Below, piece by piece: positions 9,067 to 18,687 of a stretch of DNA of 64,000 nucleotides. The stretch spans positions 1,190 to 65,189 of the forward strand of contig JAISQI010000040.1 in the NCBI GenBank assembly GCA_031274295.1, written 5' to 3'. Below the pieces are notes generated by a model, which did not search any database, was not told the DNA's origin, and saw only the letters and a list, made by a program, of their open reading frames with translations. Both the position numbers and the translations under genes were made by a program. Position 1 is the first letter of the stretch. Each line of letters begins with the position of its first letter. The stretch is from Holosporaceae bacterium. GTDB taxonomy: Bacteria; Pseudomonadota; Alphaproteobacteria; UBA3830.

Positions 9067-9774
9067 TTAAATTATTCCGAGATCTCTGAACGAAGTTGCT
9101 CCCATTCTTCCAATAACCACATGATCGAAAAGGATTATATCTAGTTTTTGAGCAATTTCATTTATTATTTTGGTCATAATTATATCTTGTCTTGACGGTT
9201 TTGGGTCTCCACCAGGATGGTTATGTACCATAATAATTGCACTAGCTCCGTATTCCAAAGTTTTTTGAATAATTTCACGAGGATATATGGCTGTATTGTT
9301 TACCGTACCTTCCTGCATCATTTCTTCCGCGATCAATTTGTTCTTATTATTTAAAAACATAATGCGTAGTTGTTCTTTTTTAAGATATCCCAAGGCGTTT
9401 TTATAGTATTCCAAAACCTGACCGGTAGACATTATTGAATCAGATTCAATAACTTTCTCCAATAATGATCTCGTAAAAATTTCTCGCACCACCGTTATCA
9501 GATTAATCGTCGATTCCCCTACCCCATTGATTTGTTTTAGATCAAAGCGGTCTGCTAAAATTATTTTTCTAAGTGATTTAAAATAATTCAACATAGCTTT
9601 TGCTAGTGGTTTAGTATCTTTTCGCTGAAACACATAGAAAAGCAATATCTCCAGCAACTCGTAATCAAGCATGTATTGCGGATTTGACATGAATTTGTCA
9701 CGCAATCGCCGTCTGTGCCCTATATAACTGGACTTTTCACTCCGAGATTTCATATAAAGGTTTCTCCGACCCAT
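9067..9774 (-). CDS. radC: RadC-family JAB/MPN domain protein
   Basis: GHRRRLRDKF N-terminus, HhH region, JAMM motif HNHPGGDPKPSRQD. The start may be ATG 9753. Overlaps the map 3' end. Confidence 0.85.
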   Translation of the reverse strand: MGRRNLYMKSRSEKSSYIGHRRRLRDKFMSNPQYMLDYELLEILLFYVFQRKDTKPLAKAMLNYFKSLRKIILADRFDLKQINGVGESTINLITVVREIFTRSLLEKVIESDSIMSTGQVLEYYKNALGYLKKEQLRIMFLNNKNKLIAEEMMQEGTVNNTAIYPREIIQKTLEYGASAIIMVHNHPGGDPKPSRQDIIMTKIINEIAQKLDIILFDHVVIGRMGATSFRDLGII

Positions 9775-10543
9775 TTAAAGAAACAGTAAAGATTTCATGA
9801 CCATCTTCTGTAACTCCAATTGTGTGTTCAAATTGAGCTGATAAAGATCTATCGCTCGTGACGGCTGTCCATCCGTCCGCCAGAAGTGTTGTTTTATATC
9901 CGCCAACATTAACCATTGGTTCGATGGTAAACACATGCCCAGGTTCGAGCAATAATCCAGTTCCGAGTTGCCCAAAATGCAGAACCGCGGGTTCATCATG
10001 AAAAACTCGACCTATTCCGTGGCCACAATAATCTCTGACAACAGAAAATCTTTTGGATTCCACATAATTTTGTATGGCATGTCCTATATCACCGAGATAG
10101 GCACCGGGTTTCACGAAATTTATAGCTAACATCATGGCTTCGTATGTTGTGTCAATCAATTCCGACGCCTTTTCCGACACTTTCCCCACGACGTACATTC
10201 TGCTTGTGTCTCCGTACCACCCGTCCAGAATAACTGTAATATCAATATTTAGAATATCTCCATCGTTTAGTTTTCTTTCGGATGGAATTCCATGGCAGAC
10301 GACATGATTTAATGAAATACATGTGGATCGGGGATATCCGTTATAACCCAACGTAGCCGAAATAGCATTGTTTCTCTTAATTTCTTCATGACACAGATTG
10401 TCCAGTTCCAGCGTGGTAATACCTTTTTGAACAAATGGAGTAATATAATCTAATATGTGAGCCGCCAATCTTCCTGCTTTCCTGAGCCCTTTGAAATCTT
10501 CTTTAGAATATATTCTGCACTTTTGCGACATAAAACACTCCAA
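9737..10543 (-). CDS. map: type I methionine aminopeptidase
   Basis: VCHGIP, DGDILNIDIT, GDTSRMY, GHGIG, FTIEPM, QFEHT metal-site motifs. Confidence 0.9.
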   Translation of the reverse strand: MECFMSQKCRIYSKEDFKGLRKAGRLAAHILDYITPFVQKGITTLELDNLCHEEIKRNNAISATLGYNGYPRSTCISLNHVVCHGIPSERKLNDGDILNIDITVILDGWYGDTSRMYVVGKVSEKASELIDTTYEAMMLAINFVKPGAYLGDIGHAIQNYVESKRFSVVRDYCGHGIGRVFHDEPAVLHFGQLGTGLLLEPGHVFTIEPMVNVGGYKTTLLADGWTAVTSDRSLSAQFEHTIGVTEDGHEIFTVSLNGSEKPLYEISE

Positions 10544-10618
10544 TTATTCGAAAATAATACTACCAAGGTATTAATTTAACACTAAAAGGTTTTTTTATTT
10601 AGCATACTTCCATGATAT

Positions 10619-11497
10619 TTATGACACCGATATCATTTCGTAAAAATATTTGGGAATTTCCGCGGTAATTTCAATTCCCCAATCCTCAAGAAAGACCTTG
10701 TGAGCATGAAGTAATAATTCTTTGTGCCGCCAATGCCGGTTGTATTTTTTATCCCCAATAATCGGAGCATTCAGCACTTCTGCACATTGCACCCGCAGCT
10801 GATGTTTTCTTCCGGTAGTCGGTTTCAATTCCAGTAATGTAAAATTTTCAAGTTCTTTCAAAGGATTATAAAAAGTGATGGCCTTTTTACCGGAACTAGC
10901 AACTCTCATTTTTTCTTCGTTACCAACAAATGATTTTGTTAAACAACTTTCCATAATACCCGCCTGTGAAATTTTCCCACTAACAATGGCAATGTAGGTT
11001 TTTCGGATTCTATTTTTGCGAAACAATTCTGTTAGCTTGCGGGCGTATTGTAAATTTTTAGCAACTAATAGAACTCCAGAAGTATCCTTATCCAAGCGAT
11101 GTACCAGATGACACGTGTGATTCGGATAAGATTTTATGAACGTTTCCACGCATACGGAAACTTTCGTCCCCAGTTGCACTGCGAGTCCCGTTGGCTTGTT
11201 GATGGCAAAAAAATTATCGTTTTCAAAAATTATCATGGACCTCAGTTGATCAAACATTTTTTCATTAGGAATCGACTTCACTTTTGGTAGTTCATCTAGT
11301 TTTGCAAAAATTTTGATTAAGTCTCCGGGGTACAGCCTATCTGAAGCGGCAACTTTTTTGCCGTTTACCTTAATTTTACCGAGACGAAACAATTTTTGTA
11401 GAAATACGTACCCTATTTGTCCGCAAACGTTTTTTATTATTTTATCCACACGGAGATTTGCCTCATCATTGGTTACGGTATGTTCCATATTAACCAA
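10619..11497 (-). CDS. RluA-family 23S rRNA pseudouridine synthase (RluC/RluD-like)
   Basis: S4-like N-terminus (LRVDKII...GKIKVNGKKV) and catalytic HRLDKDTSGVLLVAK. Confidence 0.8.
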   Translation of the reverse strand: MVNMEHTVTNDEANLRVDKIIKNVCGQIGYVFLQKLFRLGKIKVNGKKVAASDRLYPGDLIKIFAKLDELPKVKSIPNEKMFDQLRSMIIFENDNFFAINKPTGLAVQLGTKVSVCVETFIKSYPNHTCHLVHRLDKDTSGVLLVAKNLQYARKLTELFRKNRIRKTYIAIVSGKISQAGIMESCLTKSFVGNEEKMRVASSGKKAITFYNPLKELENFTLLELKPTTGRKHQLRVQCAEVLNAPIIGDKKYNRHWRHKELLLHAHKVFLEDWGIEITAEIPKYFYEMISVS

Positions 11498-14105
11498 TGG
11501 AGTTAATTATCAATTCTATAGACTCAGTCGCTTTGCTTGTCCCGTTGCCGCCACCATGAGCAAATGCCGCATTTCCCCCTCCATTTCCGTTTAGAGGAGG
11601 TAATCCGCGTTTCAGCAATTGTCCTGCATTATACTTATCATGCAAATCAGAGCTTACCCCCACAATTAACGAAACCTTGTCGCCATTGCAGTTAGCGATG
11701 ACAATTATTCCGGAGGGCTTTCTAGATCTGATAAAGTCATGCAGAGAACGCAGCTCGTTCGTATCATAATCGGATACAATTAGCGTATATATATTAGCGT
11801 TCGCTTTATTAAATTCCTGAATTTTCTCCAACGACGACTTCTGTCTATTCAACGAGATTTCTTGATTTTTTTGTTTTAATTCAACCAGCAGGTTTTCGAC
11901 CTTTGGGAGCAGATTAGAGTTGCTGCATTTTAACTTTTCCGTCAGAGAATCGATGACTTTTTCAGCTTGTCCGAGGTATTCCAAAATTTTTTCTCCGGTG
12001 ATGGCTTCTATTCTTCTGATTCCTGATCCGATGCTAATTTCCGAAAGAATTTTAAACAGGCCGACTTTGCCGATGGATGACACATGAGTACCGCCGCAGA
12101 GTTCTGATGATATCTTGTCCCTGCTTTCCGTCAAGATTGAGACGGTTCTGACGGAATCTCCGTATTTTTCTCCAAATAAGGCCGTTGCTCCAGAGGAAAT
12201 CGCTTCATTTTTAGGCATAATTTTGCAGACCACCTGTAAATCTTGCAGTATCCAGCCGTTGACGATTTTTTCAATTTTCAGAATATCTTCATGGGAAACC
12301 GCTAAATTATGAGAGAAATCAAACCGCAAACGATCCTCGTTCAAAAAAGATCCCCGTTGGATGACATGCTCTCCCAAAACAATACGCAATGCAGCATGCA
12401 ATAGATGAGTCGCCGTATGATTTGCTCTAATTTTTTGACGTTTTTCTCCATCTACCTCCAACTCTATATTATCGGAAATTTTAATACATCCAGATAGAAG
12501 TTCACCCTCATGAACAATAATTTCATCACAAAATTTTCTGGTATTAATGACTCTGAAAACTCCAGTTTGGCTTTTTATTAGACCGGTGTCTCCGCATTGC
12601 CCTCCACATTCGGCGTAGAACGGAGTAGACTTTGCCACTATAAACGCTTTTCCCGAGGAAATGGATGAAACTTCCTTCTCTTCCTGTACTAAAGATAATA
12701 CTTCGCTGTATTCTTTTTCTTTTTCATACCCTCGAAATTCGACGGTTCCTATTTTTTTTCTTAAAATGTGCCAAATTTTGTCTTCCTTTATTTCACCTGA
12801 TCCGGTCCACTGGGCGCGTTTTTTCTGCTCCTGCAGAGCGGCATTAAATGCTACTACATCAACGCTGATATTTTCTGATTTTAAAATATCCTGGGTAAGA
12901 TCCAGAGGAAAACCGTAGGTATCGTAAAGCTTAAACGCCTTAGCGCCACTCAATACGCCACCGGAAGGAATTTCTTTGATATCGTTCTGTAAAATTTTCA
13001 AGCCGCGATCCAGAGTAATTAAGAATTTTTCCTCCTCCATATGAACGGTAGAAGAAATAATCGCCCGAGCCTTTTCCAGTTCCGGATAAGCATCCATCAT
13101 GACGTCAACTAATGAATTAGACAGTCTGAACAGAAACGGATCCCGAATGTTTATTAAATTTCCATGGCGCATTGCTCGTCGCAGGATGCGTCGCAGCACA
13201 TATCCGCGACCTTCGTTGCTGGGTAAAATTCCATCGGCAATTAAAAACGAAATTGCACGAATGTGATCGGCTATCACCTTGTATGACGAATGTGTGGCTT
13301 CGAAATTCGTATTGGAAATCGTTTTTATTTCGCCAATAATTTTTTGAAATAGATCGATTTGATAGTTATCCGTCACTCCTTGCATGACTCCTGCAATTCG
13401 TTCGAGTCCCATTCCGGTGTCTATGGATTTTTTCTCGAGCGGTACTCTTTCTCCATTGGGCATCTGTTCAAATTGCATGAAAACAATGTTCCAGATTTCC
13501 ATATAGCGACCCTCGTCCTGATTTTGAGTTCCCGGCATTCCTCCGAGCACATTTTCTCCGTGATCGTAGAAAATTTCAGAACATGGGCCGCAGGGACCGA
13601 CGTCCCCCATGGACCAAAAATTGTCCGAAGTTGATATGGGAATTACAGTGAGATCTCCGGCAACCTTCTTCCAGATAGATTTTGCCTCTTCATCCGTGTG
13701 ATACACGGTCACTAACATTCTGTTGCGCGGCAGCCCCAGTTCTTTTGTTAAAAATGTCCAGGCAAAATCGATGGCGTCTTCCTTAAAATAATCACCAAAG
13801 GAAAAATTTCCCAGCATTTCGAAAAACGTATGATGGCGGGCCGTGAAGCCCACCTGATCTAAATCGTTGTGTTTTCCTCCAGCTCGAAGACATTTCTGAG
13901 ACGTCGTGGCCCGCCTGTAGTTTCTTGTTTCCAATCCAGTGAAAACATTTTTAAACTGCACCATGCCGGCATTTGTAAACAGTAGGCTCGGATCATTCTG
14001 AGGAACCAAAGAACTGGATTCCTCGACTTGATGTCCATTATCTCCGAAAAACTTCAAAAACCGGGCACGAATCTCGGACGACAGCATTTTTTCTCCAGAG
14101 CACAT
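11490..14105 (-). CDS. alaS: alanine--tRNA ligase
   Basis: 871 aa: FTNAGMVQFK, RAGGKHNDLD, WSMGDVGPCGPCSEIF, editing domain HTATHLLH...CGGTH, C-terminal DHHA1-like GGG region. Confidence 0.95.
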   Translation of the reverse strand: MCSGEKMLSSEIRARFLKFFGDNGHQVEESSSLVPQNDPSLLFTNAGMVQFKNVFTGLETRNYRRATTSQKCLRAGGKHNDLDQVGFTARHHTFFEMLGNFSFGDYFKEDAIDFAWTFLTKELGLPRNRMLVTVYHTDEEAKSIWKKVAGDLTVIPISTSDNFWSMGDVGPCGPCSEIFYDHGENVLGGMPGTQNQDEGRYMEIWNIVFMQFEQMPNGERVPLEKKSIDTGMGLERIAGVMQGVTDNYQIDLFQKIIGEIKTISNTNFEATHSSYKVIADHIRAISFLIADGILPSNEGRGYVLRRILRRAMRHGNLINIRDPFLFRLSNSLVDVMMDAYPELEKARAIISSTVHMEEEKFLITLDRGLKILQNDIKEIPSGGVLSGAKAFKLYDTYGFPLDLTQDILKSENISVDVVAFNAALQEQKKRAQWTGSGEIKEDKIWHILRKKIGTVEFRGYEKEKEYSEVLSLVQEEKEVSSISSGKAFIVAKSTPFYAECGGQCGDTGLIKSQTGVFRVINTRKFCDEIIVHEGELLSGCIKISDNIELEVDGEKRQKIRANHTATHLLHAALRIVLGEHVIQRGSFLNEDRLRFDFSHNLAVSHEDILKIEKIVNGWILQDLQVVCKIMPKNEAISSGATALFGEKYGDSVRTVSILTESRDKISSELCGGTHVSSIGKVGLFKILSEISIGSGIRRIEAITGEKILEYLGQAEKVIDSLTEKLKCSNSNLLPKVENLLVELKQKNQEISLNRQKSSLEKIQEFNKANANIYTLIVSDYDTNELRSLHDFIRSRKPSGIIVIANCNGDKVSLIVGVSSDLHDKYNAGQLLKRGLPPLNGNGGGNAAFAHGGGNGTSKATESIELIINSIG

Positions 14106-14159
14106 AGTTCGTGGATTGTACGAAAATGCTCGTCATTTTACAAGATTTCCCTTACATTG

Positions 14160-15110
14160 TCATAGTTGTCTCTGTGTTTGCGTGTCAGAAACTTGGAGTG
14201 GCATTATGATTCCTTCATTCCTAAGATAACCTTCAAGTAAATTAGGAATATTCCATTCTTCATCCAATTCCATAAAATTGCAATCAACTACTACCGGATC
14301 AAGCCCGTATCTTTGCTGAAAAGTTTGCGCTCCCTTACTTATTAAAATGTTTCCCAGACTCGCAAGAAAATAGTGTTGTATATTTTTCCATTGCAGTCCA
14401 AAATTTTCCTCTCTAAGAGTAGCTATCGACCAAAGGATTTTATCCAGCAAAGTTCCTATAAAACTTACTCTTTCCCAACCACCATATAGTAAAAATTCGT
14501 TTGGATTTTCCCCGTGAGCAATTAGTATTTGTATAGGTTGCTCCAAAGATTGGATATAGTGATCTAGTTCCTGGCGACTTTGTATATCTGGAGGACAGAA
14601 TAACAATCCTTCGAACAAACTCCTATGCGGTGGTCGCTCACCTGCTGCATTCAATATACCTTCTAATGAACCGAATGCACGCTTGGACATACAAGACTCG
14701 ATTAAAGTATCCCAACTTACTGGAGCACCGGATTCTCTCCAGAATCGTAGAGTTTCCGGATCTTCAATGTTTATGGCACTTATTAAAGTTCCTGCAAATG
14801 CACCCATGGTCTCCACAAAGTTTCCTGCGCTAATACCGTTTAGCCTCTCTAGTTTTTCATTTATCTCATGTTTTTTTTGTTCCATGAATTCTTGAAACGT
14901 TAATCCTTCTTCCTCTAGGATTCGTTGTTCCATTGATCCTTGAATCGGCAATTTTTCTGCTCTTTCTAGGATAAGCTCTTTTATTCCTTCTAAATGATTG
15001 CGAACCTGATTGGTGACAAAAACTTGACTTTCCGTTAAGTCTGCAAACATGCCGCTTGCAGTTTTACTAAAAAACACCACTATGACCAATAATAATCGAT
15101 TTATTTTCAT
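14160..15110 (-). CDS. hypothetical secreted protein (orphan)
   Basis: 316 aa with an N-terminal signal-like MKINRLLLVIVVFFSKTASG. No motif recognised. Confidence 0.5.
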   Translation of the reverse strand: MKINRLLLVIVVFFSKTASGMFADLTESQVFVTNQVRNHLEGIKELILERAEKLPIQGSMEQRILEEEGLTFQEFMEQKKHEINEKLERLNGISAGNFVETMGAFAGTLISAINIEDPETLRFWRESGAPVSWDTLIESCMSKRAFGSLEGILNAAGERPPHRSLFEGLLFCPPDIQSRQELDHYIQSLEQPIQILIAHGENPNEFLLYGGWERVSFIGTLLDKILWSIATLREENFGLQWKNIQHYFLASLGNILISKGAQTFQQRYGLDPVVVDCNFMELDEEWNIPNLLEGYLRNEGIIMPLQVSDTQTQRQL

Positions 15111-15427
15111 TTATATTTCTCCAGTTATTTAAATTAAAATTACCCCCTATTGTAGGGGATATTTCATGTATTGTCAATTAGAAATGTGTTTTAATGAAAT
15201 ATATTTTTGGCTTTAGTGTAATCTCTTTTTCAAGATATTTTTCATCTTTGAAGCCAATGAATTTAGCTTGGCTCTGCTTGATGAGACCGTAGAAAGCTTA
15301 TCCACTTGACATGGCTTCTTTTTTTGTAAACTCATTTTTGTCAATCAAAAGTCACTTTTATTTTAAGTAGTTATTTTTTTTATAGATCGCTATATGCTAA
15401 AATTAGCATAACCCTGATAAAGTCAAC

Positions 15428-16051
15428 CTATTTAGATTGAGATGCATCTATTCGGTTTTTCGTTACTGAAACCGCTTCGCCCATTTTGTATGCTTCTTTT
15501 ATTTTGTCGGGCTGGTTTCTAATCTCACCTGCTTCATGAACACCTAGACCACAAATAACACCCGCCAATTTTGCACTTTCTGGACACTTTACCCAAACAC
15601 CACTAAAATGCCTTATCCAGTCTTCAACCTTTTTAATTACGAGGTCAATAAATTCGTTGCTCTGGCTTGACGAAGCCGTTAACAAATACACATCACGAAA
15701 TCTATGTGTTTGTTCAAGTTTCAACTTCCATGGGAATAGCGGATATGTACGATCTAACAATGTTTGCATTTGCCCACTTACTCCACCAAAATACACAGGA
15801 GCAGCAAAAACAATTACATCGGTATCGTGTATTTTCCTTACGATTTCACTTGCACCGTCTTGAAAAACGCATTTTTGTGTATTTTGACAAACATCGCAAC
15901 CTAAACAAAAATTAATTTCCTTATTTCGCAGAGAAATCTTTTCGACTTCATGCCCACTACTCGTAGCGCCTTTTACAAACTCATCAGCAAGTATGTCCGT
16001 ATTGGAATTATTACGCAAACTTGTGGATATTACCAAAACCTTTTTGCTCAT
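15428..16051 (-). CDS. flavodoxin-fold NAD(P)H-dependent FMN reductase / iron-sulfur flavoprotein (Isf-like)
   Basis: VLVISTSLRNNSNT flavodoxin-like start and compact Cys motif CLGCDVCQNTQKC (CX2CX2CX5C). Last gene of the por operon. Confidence 0.7.
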   Translation of the reverse strand: MSKKVLVISTSLRNNSNTDILADEFVKGATSSGHEVEKISLRNKEINFCLGCDVCQNTQKCVFQDGASEIVRKIHDTDVIVFAAPVYFGGVSGQMQTLLDRTYPLFPWKLKLEQTHRFRDVYLLTASSSQSNEFIDLVIKKVEDWIRHFSGVWVKCPESAKLAGVICGLGVHEAGEIRNQPDKIKEAYKMGEAVSVTKNRIDASQSK

Positions 16052-16103
16052 AGCACTCTCTAATAGTTTTCTATTTAAGAATTATATATGAATCAGGTTA
16101 CAT

Positions 16104-17741
16104 TTATACTTTGCTATCATCGGAGATCATTTCTATTGCTCCGCAGGGACACTCGGCAGCACACATTCCGCATCCTTTACAATAGTCGTAATTAATCTCA
16201 AGCGAGCCGTCCGAGTGCTTAATAATGGCATTGTCGGGGCAATAGGCGTAGCAATTATCACAATGGAAACAGTTGCCGCAGGAAAAACAGCGAGCAGATT
16301 CTACGATTATTTTCTGATCTGAATAGGAAACGTCCCTCTCATCAAATGAAAGATCCGGCATACGCGAAACGGTAATTCTATTATCTTTGGGGAAATAAGC
16401 TGTGTTTAATTTTTTAAAATTAATAACCTTATTTTTAATATTAGGAACAAATTCAACGCCTCTAAGATAAGCATCTATACACTTTGCTGCCTTTTTTGCG
16501 TGTCCTATGGCATTGGTCACAGTCCGCTTTCCCAAAATAGCATCTCCTCCTGCGAAAATTCCCTTTTCTCCGGTCATCATATTCTTATCAACCTTGATCG
16601 TTCCCTTTTCGGAAATCTCTATGCTTTTAACTTCCTGTAGAACACTTATATCCACGGATTGACCAATGGCGAAAATTACGCTATCGGCATAAATGGTTTC
16701 GGTTTCTCCGGACTTTGATAAAACATCTAATTTCTCGTCGTAATTCATTTTATCAACCAATATGTTATCGCTATTAATGGAATTAATTGTACGTAGGCAA
16801 AGAATTTCTATCCCTTCCGTTAGAGCTTCTTTTATTTCTACTTCGTGGGCGGGCATGTTATTAATTCCGCGCCTATAGATGATTTTTACATTTTTCGCGC
16901 CCAGCCGTAAAGCCGTTCTTGCCGCGTCAATGGCGGTATTCCCTCCCCCATATATAATGACTTTTTTCTCCAGATATGAAGGTCGATTTTTACCATCTTC
17001 AAGTTCTTTAAATAGATCTATCGCGTTGACAATATCTGGACTTTCCTTTGTTTCTAAATCAACCGGTGTAGCCAGACATGCGCCAATAGATATATACGTC
17101 GCATCGAAACCTTTAATTTCATTTAAAATGTTAGAAACCCTTTTATTGCAGATAATTTGAACCCCTAAATCTTCTATTCTCTTTATTTCAGCGTTTATAA
17201 TACTGTTCGACAATCTATATCTTGGGATGCCATAACGCATCATTCCGCCAGGCTTTATATGATTTTCAAAAATTGTAACGTCATGTCCCAACATTTTTAA
17301 AAAATAAGCGGCAGATAATCCGCTTGGACCAGCTCCAACAATGAGGACTTTCTTTCCGCTATTCGGCGATACATTTTCAAATTTCCAATGATTAGCAATG
17401 GCAATATCTCCAATAGACTTTTCGATTAAATTAATATTGACGGCTCCATCGAATTGCTCTCTATTGCAAGCCTTTTCACAAGTATAATAGCAGACTCGTC
17501 CCATTATTGCTGGAAATGGATTGCTTTGTGTCATGACTTTCCACGCTTCATGAAATTGCTCTTCCTTGGCCAAGGACAACCAAAGTTGTATATTCTCTCC
17601 AGCAGGGCATGTAGCATTGCAAGGCGGTAACTTATTTGCAAAATTGGGACACATCGTCCTCCAAGACCCAGTTTTATTACTTAGACTCGTAGAAGCTCCA
17701 AGAACAGTAGCAAAGGGTTTATTCATTAATAATTCCTCCAT
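16104..17741 (-). CDS. GltD-like NAD(P)H:FAD oxidoreductase fused to a C-terminal 2x[4Fe-4S] ferredoxin (PorD-like) domain
   Basis: N-terminal TGSWR, then NPFPAIMGRVCYYTCEKAC (GltD-type Fe-S region). Dinucleotide folds KVLIVGAGPSGLSAAYFL and VIIYGGGNTAIDAA. C-terminal CFSCGNCFHCDNCYAYCP and CKGCGMCAAECP. Overlaps porB by 23 nt. Confidence 0.75.
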   Translation of the reverse strand: MEELLMNKPFATVLGASTSLSNKTGSWRTMCPNFANKLPPCNATCPAGENIQLWLSLAKEEQFHEAWKVMTQSNPFPAIMGRVCYYTCEKACNREQFDGAVNINLIEKSIGDIAIANHWKFENVSPNSGKKVLIVGAGPSGLSAAYFLKMLGHDVTIFENHIKPGGMMRYGIPRYRLSNSIINAEIKRIEDLGVQIICNKRVSNILNEIKGFDATYISIGACLATPVDLETKESPDIVNAIDLFKELEDGKNRPSYLEKKVIIYGGGNTAIDAARTALRLGAKNVKIIYRRGINNMPAHEVEIKEALTEGIEILCLRTINSINSDNILVDKMNYDEKLDVLSKSGETETIYADSVIFAIGQSVDISVLQEVKSIEISEKGTIKVDKNMMTGEKGIFAGGDAILGKRTVTNAIGHAKKAAKCIDAYLRGVEFVPNIKNKVINFKKLNTAYFPKDNRITVSRMPDLSFDERDVSYSDQKIIVESARCFSCGNCFHCDNCYAYCPDNAIIKHSDGSLEINYDYCKGCGMCAAECPCGAIEMISDDSKV

Positions 17742-18687
17742 TTAAACCGTACTTTTCAATGTTGGCATTTGCGATGCTTTGTATAACCTCAACCGTTTCG
17801 GATGGTCCATTTTTACCAAACAAATGGGCGAATCGTTTCTGTAATATTAGATAATCTTGGACCGGAACTAAATTATCAATTATGGTTGAACTGACTATTT
17901 TAGCGTTTTCCGCCTCGAATAATGGAAACAATCCACACTGTATAGCAAGCCTTGCGACTTTTATGGTATCCGATGTTGGATAGCCCCATCCCAATGGACA
18001 CGGCACATGAACGTGCAGGTATTTAGATCCTCTTATGTTTATTGCTTTTGATACTTTTTCCTCAAGATCTGGAATGTTAGCAATACTCGCGGTAGCTACG
18101 TACGGAATTCCATGGGCCATGGCGATCTTGGGAATATCTTTTCCAGTCTGCGGGTCGTTTCCCAGATAACTCCTATGGGGAAGAGTAGTTGCCGTTCTAG
18201 CCAATGGAGGTGTAGCTCCGGATCTTTGTACTCCGGTATTCATATATGCTTGATTGTCGTAGCATATATATAAAACGTCATCGTTGCGTTCGAACATTCC
18301 AGATAGACATCCCATTCCTATGTCGAAGGTCGATCCGTCCCCTCCTTGAGCGATAACGCGAATATCTTCTCTATTTTGGCGATGAAGAGCTGCCGCCACT
18401 CCAGTGGCTACGGCTGGAGCATTTCCAAACAATGAATGTAACCATGGTATGCCCCATGAATTTTCAGGAAAAGCACAGGAAAAAACCTCCAAACAACCGG
18501 TGGCATTAACCACCATAATCTTACCGTTAGTAGCACGATAGGCAGCATCAACTGCACATCTGGCTCCCAGCGCTTCTCCGCACCCTTGACAGGCTCTATG
18601 ACCGCTTGTTAGCGTATTTGGTCTATTGTGATCTGATTGAACGGTTGCTTTCCCCGTTGATTTATTTCCGAGCGTTGCGCTTGACAT
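17719..18687 (-). CDS. porB: 2-oxoacid (pyruvate-type):ferredoxin oxidoreductase beta subunit, TPP-binding
   Basis: SGHRACQGCGE and TPP motif GGDGSTFDIGMGCLSGMFERNDDVLYICYDNQAYMNTG. Start overlaps the porA stop (TAATG, 18685-18689). Confidence 0.85.
   Translation of the reverse strand: MSSATLGNKSTGKATVQSDHNRPNTLTSGHRACQGCGEALGARCAVDAAYRATNGKIMVVNATGCLEVFSCAFPENSWGIPWLHSLFGNAPAVATGVAAALHRQNREDIRVIAQGGDGSTFDIGMGCLSGMFERNDDVLYICYDNQAYMNTGVQRSGATPPLARTATTLPHRSYLGNDPQTGKDIPKIAMAHGIPYVATASIANIPDLEEKVSKAINIRGSKYLHVHVPCPLGWGYPTSDTIKVARLAIQCGLFPLFEAENAKIVSSTIIDNLVPVQDYLILQKRFAHLFGKNGPSETVEVIQSIANANIEKYGLNGGIINE

Noticed and set aside
11442-11450. Perfect DnaA-box nonamer TTATCCACA. A near-match TTATCCACT occurs at about 15297-15305.
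   Set aside because: These are single isolated boxes, one of them inside the rluC-like CDS. There is no cluster, no adjacent AT-rich unwinding element and no dnaA/hemE context, so this is not evidence for an origin.
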